From an uncultured Phycisphaerales bacterium (lineage in GTDB: Bacteria; Planctomycetota; Phycisphaerae; Phycisphaerales; SM1A02), in NCBI GenBank assembly GCA_938084645.1, contig CALKEP010000046.1, positions 1 to 32,423 of the forward strand: a DNA stretch of 32,423 nt. The letters are read 5' to 3'. Below are positions 26,983 to 32,423 of this stretch, piece by piece. The first letter of the stretch is position 1, and each line of letters begins with the position of its first letter. Both the position numbers and the translations under genes were made by a program. The notes under the pieces are model-generated. The model did not search any database and had not been told where the DNA came from. It saw only the letters and a program-made list of their open reading frames with translations.

Positions 26983-28683
26983 ATGCGTCATCGCCTCGCC
27001 CTCACTGCCAGCGTCCTCATCGCACCGATCGCGTCGATCGGCTCGGTCGCGTCCGGCCAGCAGTTCCAGAACCAGACCTCCGATCGGTTTCCCACGCAGG
27101 CGCTCTACAGCAACCAGCTGTCGTTCTGCGACGTGGACATGGACGGCGACCTCGACATCGCCTTCGCCGACGGTCAGGGTTACTCCTCGCAGGGATCGGC
27201 GCTTCGCGCCCGGATCTACATCAACGACGGCAACGGGGTCTTCACCGACGAGTCCGAGGCCCGGGTGCCGATCATCGGCTGGTATCGCGGCGTCGAGTTC
27301 GGGGACGTCGATCGAGACGGCGACTGGGACATGGTCCTCGCCAACGACTTCTACAAGACGCCCGTCCTGTTGATCAACGACGGAAACGGTTTCTTCACCT
27401 ACGACTTCGATCGACTTCCGCCGGCGCGGCTGTCCTCGGCGCGGGGCCAGTTCGCCGACGTCGATGATGATGACGACCTGGATCTCTTCTTCTGCAACAG
27501 CGGGACCAGCAGCCGATTCGGCTCGAACGGCCGGCCCGTCCTCTACCTGAACGACGGCACCGGGTTCTTCACCGACGCGACCGCGGAACGCACGCCGAAC
27601 GCGATCATTCGCGATCAGCAGGACTGCCACTTCTTCGATGCGGACGGTGATCTCGATCTCGACCTGCACATCGGAAGTCGAAGTTCGAACAACGGCGGCA
27701 GTCAGTTGTGGTTGAACGACGGCTCGGGGACGTTCACCCGGCTCCAATCGGGAATTCCCACCGACGGTAACTGCTACTCCTACGACACCGGTGACTGCGA
27801 CGGCGACGGAAACCTCGATCTGCTCGGCGCGAATTCCGGCTCGAGCAACCGGGAACTCCTGTTGCTGAACGACGGCACCGGGACGAACTGGACGGACATC
27901 TCCAACCGGATCTCTCCGAACCCGACTTCCGACGACAACGACACCAAGTTCATCGACTACGACATGGACGGCGACCTCGACTTCGTGGTTGCGGCGCTCT
28001 TCTCCAGTCAGGATCGGTTCTATCGAAACGACGGCAGCGGGTTCTTCACCCAGCAGACGAACATGATGAGCCCGATCACCGACGCCTCGCTCGACGTCGG
28101 GTTCGCCGACGTGGACGGTGACGGCCGACCCGACATGGTGACGGCGCAGGGCGAGGGTGGAAACTTCCAGAATCGCCTCTACATGAACACCGGCCCCATC
28201 GACGACCTCGACCCGGAGGTCCGACGAACCAGCGTGGTCACTCCAGCGAAGGGCGACCTCGGTCCGTTCCCGGTCCGCACCGCGGTCTTCGACCAGTACA
28301 CCTCGGATCGTGGCTTCTATCCGCGATCGATCGAACTGGTCTACACCGTGGACGGCGGTCGCGAGACCGTGATCGAGATGGACTGGGCCGGCAACTCGGT
28401 GTGGCGAGGTGAGATCCCCGCGGTCGATCCGTGCAGCCTGGTGACCTACTTCGTGCGAGCCGAGGACCGTGCCGGGAACGTGGGCGTCGGCGTCGCCGTC
28501 GACTTCGAGACGACCGGCACCTGTGGTTCGATCGCGGATCTGAACGGCGACGGACTGGTGAACGGCGCCGACGTCGGGCTCCTGCTCGCCCAGTGGGGCG
28601 GGCCCGGCACCGCCGACTTCAACGGATCCGGCACCGTGAACGGCGCCGATCTGGGCATCATGCTCGTCGAGTGGACGGGCTGA
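26983..28683 (+). CDS. Secreted FG-GAP/VCBS repeat (beta-propeller) protein with C-terminal dockerin-like domain
   Basis: SD AGGAG, signal peptide, seven DxDxDGDxD..(L/Y)xNDG repeats, an Ig-like segment (TYFVRAEDRAGN), and ADLNGDGLVNGADVGLLLAQWG...ADFNGSGTVNGADLGIMLVEW. Confidence 0.9.
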   Translation: MRHRLALTASVLIAPIASIGSVASGQQFQNQTSDRFPTQALYSNQLSFCDVDMDGDLDIAFADGQGYSSQGSALRARIYINDGNGVFTDESEARVPIIGWYRGVEFGDVDRDGDWDMVLANDFYKTPVLLINDGNGFFTYDFDRLPPARLSSARGQFADVDDDDDLDLFFCNSGTSSRFGSNGRPVLYLNDGTGFFTDATAERTPNAIIRDQQDCHFFDADGDLDLDLHIGSRSSNNGGSQLWLNDGSGTFTRLQSGIPTDGNCYSYDTGDCDGDGNLDLLGANSGSSNRELLLLNDGTGTNWTDISNRISPNPTSDDNDTKFIDYDMDGDLDFVVAALFSSQDRFYRNDGSGFFTQQTNMMSPITDASLDVGFADVDGDGRPDMVTAQGEGGNFQNRLYMNTGPIDDLDPEVRRTSVVTPAKGDLGPFPVRTAVFDQYTSDRGFYPRSIELVYTVDGGRETVIEMDWAGNSVWRGEIPAVDPCSLVTYFVRAEDRAGNVGVGVAVDFETTGTCGSIADLNGDGLVNGADVGLLLAQWGGPGTADFNGSGTVNGADLGIMLVEWTG

Positions 28684-28696
28684 TCCGCAGAACGAC

Positions 28697-28930
28697 TCAG
28701 TTCCCGTCGCGGCTCTGAACCCGCCGGACGTCGTCGGCGAAACGTCGATTCGCGTCATCGACCATGCCGGGGACGAGGAACAGATCGATGATCTGCCCGA
28801 TCAGCAGTAATCCGCCGGTGAGCAGCCAGATCACCCCGGTGATGATCCGTCCGTTGTAGAGACGGTGAATCCCGCAGAAGCCGATGAGGCAGAGCAGCCA
28901 GAGCAGGTACGAGGTGCCGGTGGACTTCAT
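28697..28930 (-). CDS. TM2/NINE domain small membrane protein
   Basis: MKSTGTSYLLWLL..GFCGIHRLYNGR..TGVIWLLTGGLLLIGQIIDLFLVPGMV. GGAG SD. Confidence 0.9.
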   Translation of the reverse strand: MKSTGTSYLLWLLCLIGFCGIHRLYNGRIITGVIWLLTGGLLLIGQIIDLFLVPGMVDDANRRFADDVRRVQSRDGN

Positions 28931-29059
28931 GTCGTGATGCTCCAAGGTGCGTTCGGGGGGCTGCGAAGGAGCCCCGTGCCCCCTCGGCAAGCATGATCTC
29001 ATCTCCTTCAAACTCGTGTCGCCCGGAGTGGGGCCGATCGGCTCGGGTATCCTTGTGGC

Positions 29060-31261
29060 ATGAAGCGACTCACCGCAGGCGGAGGATTCCCCGCCATCTG
29101 GTACACGCTGAAGAAGGGCCGGGAGGCCGGCGGCGTCTTCAAACTCTGGAAGGCGATGCGGACGCACAACGCGTGCAAGACCTGCGCCCTCGGGATGGGC
29201 GGCCAGGCGGGGGGCATGGTCAACGAGACGGGTCACTTCCCCGAGGTCTGCAAGAAGTCGCTGCAAGCGATGGTCGCGGACATGGCGGGTCGCATCGAGC
29301 CGCGGTTCTTCGAGGAGTACACCCACGAGAAACTGCGCACGCTCTCCCCCCGCGAGCTCGAATCCGCCGGCCGGATCACCACGCCGCTGTATTCCGGTCC
29401 GCTTGACGACCGGTACCGCCCGATCGAGTGGTCCGACGCGATGGATCGCATCGGTACCGCGTTCGGTCGTACGAAGCCCGATCGGTCCTTCTTCTACTTC
29501 TCGGGTCGTTCGAGCAACGAAGCGGGCTTCCTGCTGCAGATGGTCGCCCGCCTCTGGGGCACCAACAACGTCAACAACTGCTCCTTCTACTGCCATCAGG
29601 CCTCGGGCGTGGGCCTGTCGAGCGTCACCGGCAGCGGCACCGCGACCCTCGATCTCGAGGACGTCGACCAGTGCGACACCCTCTTCCTGATCGGCGGCAA
29701 TCCGGCCTCCAACCATCCGCGGTTCATGCGGACGCTGATGGAGATCAAGCGCCGTGGCGGGAAGGTCGTCGTGATCAATCCGCTCAAGGAACTCGGGCTC
29801 GTACGATTCAAGGTGCCGAGCGACGTGCGGAGCCTGCTCTTCGGCACCCGCATCGCCGACCTCTATCTCATGCCGACCATCGGCGGCGACATCGCCCTCC
29901 TGATCGGAATCGCGAAGGTCGTGCTCGAGCGTGGCGGCGTCGACGAGGCGTACGTCCGTGAACACACCGCTGAATTCGACGCGTATCGCACCGTCGTGGA
30001 GTCGGCCGACTGGGTGATCATCGAGTCGGCGAGCGGCGTCGATCGGGCGGACATCGAAAGGGCGGCGGAGGTCTATCTCAAGAGTCGGCGGACGGTCTTC
30101 GCCTGGACCATGGGGATCACGCACCATGCCCACGGCGTGGAGAACGTCCAGGCGATCGCGGCGCTCGCGCTGCTTCGGGGCATGGTCGGGCGGCCCGGTG
30201 CGGGTCTGCTTCCGCTACGCGGGCATTCGAACGTCCAGGGCATCGGATCGATGGGGGTGACGCCCACGTTGAAGAAGGCCGTCTTCGAGAACCTCCAGAA
30301 GCACTTCGGCGTGACGCTTCCCACCTCCGCCGGTCTCGACACCATGGCCTGCATGGAGAAGGCCGGCGCGGGCGACGTCGACGTGGCGGTGTGTCTCGGC
30401 GGAAACCTGTTCGGCTCGAATCCGGACGCGGTCGCCGCGAGCCGGGACCTCGGTCGCATCGGCACGCTGGTCCATCTCTCGACGACGCTCAATACCGGGC
30501 ATTGTTGCGGTCTCGGGCGGGAGAACATCATCCTGCCGGTGCTCGCCCGCGACGAGGAACCGCAGCGGACGACCCAGGAGTCGATGTTCAACTACGTCCG
30601 GGTGTCCGATGGCGGCCCGGCGCGGCACGAGGGTCCCCGCAGCGAAGTGGAGGTCGTCGCCGATCTCGCGTCACGAATCGTCACCGATCTTCCCGGTGAG
30701 ACGCCCATTGACTGGGACGAGATGCGTGATCACGGAACGATCCGACATGCCATCGCCCGGATCATTCCGGGATACGAGGCGATCGGCGAAGTCGACGCGA
30801 ACAACCGGGAGTTCACGATCGACGGGCGCGTCTTCCACGAACCGACCTTCGCCACCGACCACGGTCGGGCGATCTTCCATCCGGTGGCGATTCCGAAGAC
30901 CGAGCGCCACGAGGACGAACTCGTGCTGATGACGGTTCGCAGCGAGGGGCAGTTCAACACCGTGGTCTACGAGGAGGAGGACCTCTATCGCGGCCAGGAT
31001 CGCCGCGACGTGGTGCTGCTTCATCCCGACGACATGGCGACCCGTGGCATCGATCCCGACCAGCTTGTCGAGGTCACCAGCGAAGTCGATTCGATGCAGG
31101 TCCTCGCCCGCCCCTACGACATCGCACGGGGCTGCGCCTGCATGTACTACCCCGAAGCGAACCGATTGGTACCCCGTGCCGTCGATCGGTCCTCCCGAAC
31201 CCCGGCGTTCAAGTCGATCCCGGTGCTGGTCGAAGCGGTATCGCCGGTGGCCGCGGAATGA
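29060..31261 (+). CDS. FdhF/YdeP family molybdopterin oxidoreductase (formate dehydrogenase alpha-like)
   Basis: CKTCALGMGGQ..EVCKK, YFSGRSSNEA, NNVNNCSFYCHQASG, GGNPASNHPR, WTMGITHH, LRGHSNVQG, TVRSEGQFNTVVY, YYPEAN, TPAFKS. Confidence 0.93.
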   Translation: MKRLTAGGGFPAIWYTLKKGREAGGVFKLWKAMRTHNACKTCALGMGGQAGGMVNETGHFPEVCKKSLQAMVADMAGRIEPRFFEEYTHEKLRTLSPRELESAGRITTPLYSGPLDDRYRPIEWSDAMDRIGTAFGRTKPDRSFFYFSGRSSNEAGFLLQMVARLWGTNNVNNCSFYCHQASGVGLSSVTGSGTATLDLEDVDQCDTLFLIGGNPASNHPRFMRTLMEIKRRGGKVVVINPLKELGLVRFKVPSDVRSLLFGTRIADLYLMPTIGGDIALLIGIAKVVLERGGVDEAYVREHTAEFDAYRTVVESADWVIIESASGVDRADIERAAEVYLKSRRTVFAWTMGITHHAHGVENVQAIAALALLRGMVGRPGAGLLPLRGHSNVQGIGSMGVTPTLKKAVFENLQKHFGVTLPTSAGLDTMACMEKAGAGDVDVAVCLGGNLFGSNPDAVAASRDLGRIGTLVHLSTTLNTGHCCGLGRENIILPVLARDEEPQRTTQESMFNYVRVSDGGPARHEGPRSEVEVVADLASRIVTDLPGETPIDWDEMRDHGTIRHAIARIIPGYEAIGEVDANNREFTIDGRVFHEPTFATDHGRAIFHPVAIPKTERHEDELVLMTVRSEGQFNTVVYEEEDLYRGQDRRDVVLLHPDDMATRGIDPDQLVEVTSEVDSMQVLARPYDIARGCACMYYPEANRLVPRAVDRSSRTPAFKSIPVLVEAVSPVAAE

Positions 31262-31294
31262 TCGCACTTGAGGCACGGATCAAGGGATTTCGTC

Positions 31295-32224
31295 ATGCCT
31301 CGCCCTCGTCGTCGGTTCCGAGCCCGATGTTCTTATCACGTCACGGTTCGGTGCAACAACCGCGCCTTCGATCTTCGGAGCCGTGAGGCTCGGGCCGTGG
31401 TCCTCGATGCGCTTCGCCGATCGCTCTTCAAGTACTCGGCACGCCTCCATGGCGTCGCCTTGATGAGCAATCATGTCCACTACTTGCTCAAGACCGAGAA
31501 TCCGTCGGACCTCCCTCGCTTGATGCAGTGGTTGAACTGGTACACGGCCATCACCTTGAATCGCCTGCTTGGTCGGACCGGGCATTTCTGGGAAGCCAGA
31601 TACCACGCGGTACCGGTTCCGGATGGCGACCAGCGGCATGTACTCAATGTCCTGCGCTACATCCACGGAAATCCCTACGCCGCCGGTGCGTCGCCGGGGC
31701 TTCGCGACGAGTTCACCAACTATGGAAGTCATTCGACCGGCGAGGATGATGGACTGACGACGCTCCATCCACAGTTTCTTCGGCTCGGCGGGACGCTCCG
31801 GGAATGCAGCATTCGCTACCGGCGGTTCTGCCGGCAGTATCGACCGACTCGCAAGCCGGGGCCTTCACCGAGATCGGCCAACTGGGGTCGCCGGATTCTC
31901 GCCGGAGTCCGATCGGAGATCGACCGCAAGCGTCGATTCACCTCGAAGCCGAAGACGCGTGATCACGATCAAAGCCTCTTCACGCCTGCACGGCGGCCAG
32001 AGGCACGCCAGATTCGCGACGACAGCCCCGCTCAGCAGCGTCCAAAGTGGGTTTCTGCAGTGAAATCTCCGTTGCGAGGCGGTGCTTCCTCGGCGGTGGC
32101 GGCGGTGCCAGAGACGACTCCCCGCTCGCCCTGGCTCGTCGACCCCATTCGCGAACATTGCCGTCGTTTCTGGCGTATCAATGGCCTCCGTCGAGGTACG
32201 ATCGACGACGTTCCGTTGGCTTGA
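31295..32224 (+). mobile_element. REP-associated tyrosine transposase (TnpA-REP/RAYT, Y1 HUH family), cyanobacterial-like subtype
   Basis: YHVTVRCNNR, HUH motif LMSNHVHYLL, LNR..GRTGHFWEARYH, catalytic-Tyr motif LRYIHGNP, and a basic C-terminal extension. No IS ends recognised. Confidence 0.88.
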
Positions 32225-32279
32225 GTTCGTAGACTCAACCGAACAGACCTGTTGACGCGTGCTGACTGGATGATTCCAG
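32221..32279. repeat. Cluster of short inverted repeats downstream of the transposase (candidate REP-like sequence)
   Basis: TTGAGT-tcGTAG-ACTCAA (32221-32238), TCAAC...GTTGA / AACAG-ac-CTGTT (about 32235-32255), and CTGGA-tgat-TCCAG (32266-32279). Confidence 0.35.
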
Positions 32280-32319
32280 CCAACTCCTTGACACCGCCGT
32301 CTTAAAGAGGGAAAGACCA

Positions 32320-32423
32320 ATGACCGAACAGAAGAAGCAGCTCGCGTCGCTGTTTGCGGCGTGTTGGAAGGACGAGGCCCTGAAGGCTCGCTTCATGACT
32401 GACCCCAAGGCGGTCCTGGCCGA
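32320..32423 (+). CDS. NHLP (nitrile hydratase leader peptide) family RiPP precursor, 5' part, truncated by the window end
   Basis: Manual translation from ATG 32320 (SD GAGG 32307-32310): MTEQKKQLASLFAACWKDEALKARFMTDPKAVLA... This matches the NHLP leader pattern (a..aWkD..fk.rl..dP..vl). Not in the ORF track. Confidence 0.85.
   Translation, partial: MTEQKKQLASLFAACWKDEALKARFMTDPKAVLA

Noticed and set aside
27130..28190. Regularly spaced GACGGCGAC/AACGACGG repeats that could look like a CRISPR or DNA repeat array
   Set aside because: They are protein-level FG-GAP repeats within one ORF, degenerate at the DNA level, with no constant repeat-spacer structure and no cas genes.
29570..29600. Possible selenocysteine site in the formate-dehydrogenase-like gene
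   Set aside because: The active-site region reads NCSFYCHQ with Cys codons and no in-frame TGA.
31295..32224. Classical IS200/IS605 element with tnpB
   Set aside because: No tnpB follows, no left-end hairpin fits in the 33-bp upstream gap, and the motifs fit the RAYT/TnpA-REP subtype better.

Overview
High-GC bacterial chromosomal segment, most likely from a planctomycete of the Phycisphaerales. This is an inference from a C-terminal dockerin-like DLNGDG repeat protein, a signal peptidase I with a huge insertion, and a YidC with a long basic tail. About 31 kb is densely packed housekeeping and accessory genes: thioesterase, mnmE, yidC, metallophosphoesterase, hybrid histidine kinase, lpdA, FAH/XylX-like enzyme, PSP1/RicT, der, methyltransferase, HD protein, AAA kinase, gpmI, yggS, two DUF481-like beta-barrels, acetyltransferase, tmk, gmk, lepB, an FG-GAP protein, a TM2 protein and an FdhF/YdeP molybdoenzyme. 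The last ~1.1 kb holds a REP-associated-type HUH/Y1 tyrosine transposase (TnpA-REP/RAYT). It is followed by a hairpin-rich spacer and the start of a nitrile-hydratase-leader (NHLP) RiPP precursor gene that is not in the ORF track. This arrangement echoes the TnpA-REP/prochlorosin association in picocyanobacteria and is the best candidate for a new system. A second window-wide signal is that about 12 genes have a TAnnnT (-10-like) hexamer only 6-9 nt before the ATG and no Shine-Dalgarno, which suggests pervasive leaderless mRNAs. No rRNA, tRNA or CRISPR array was seen.
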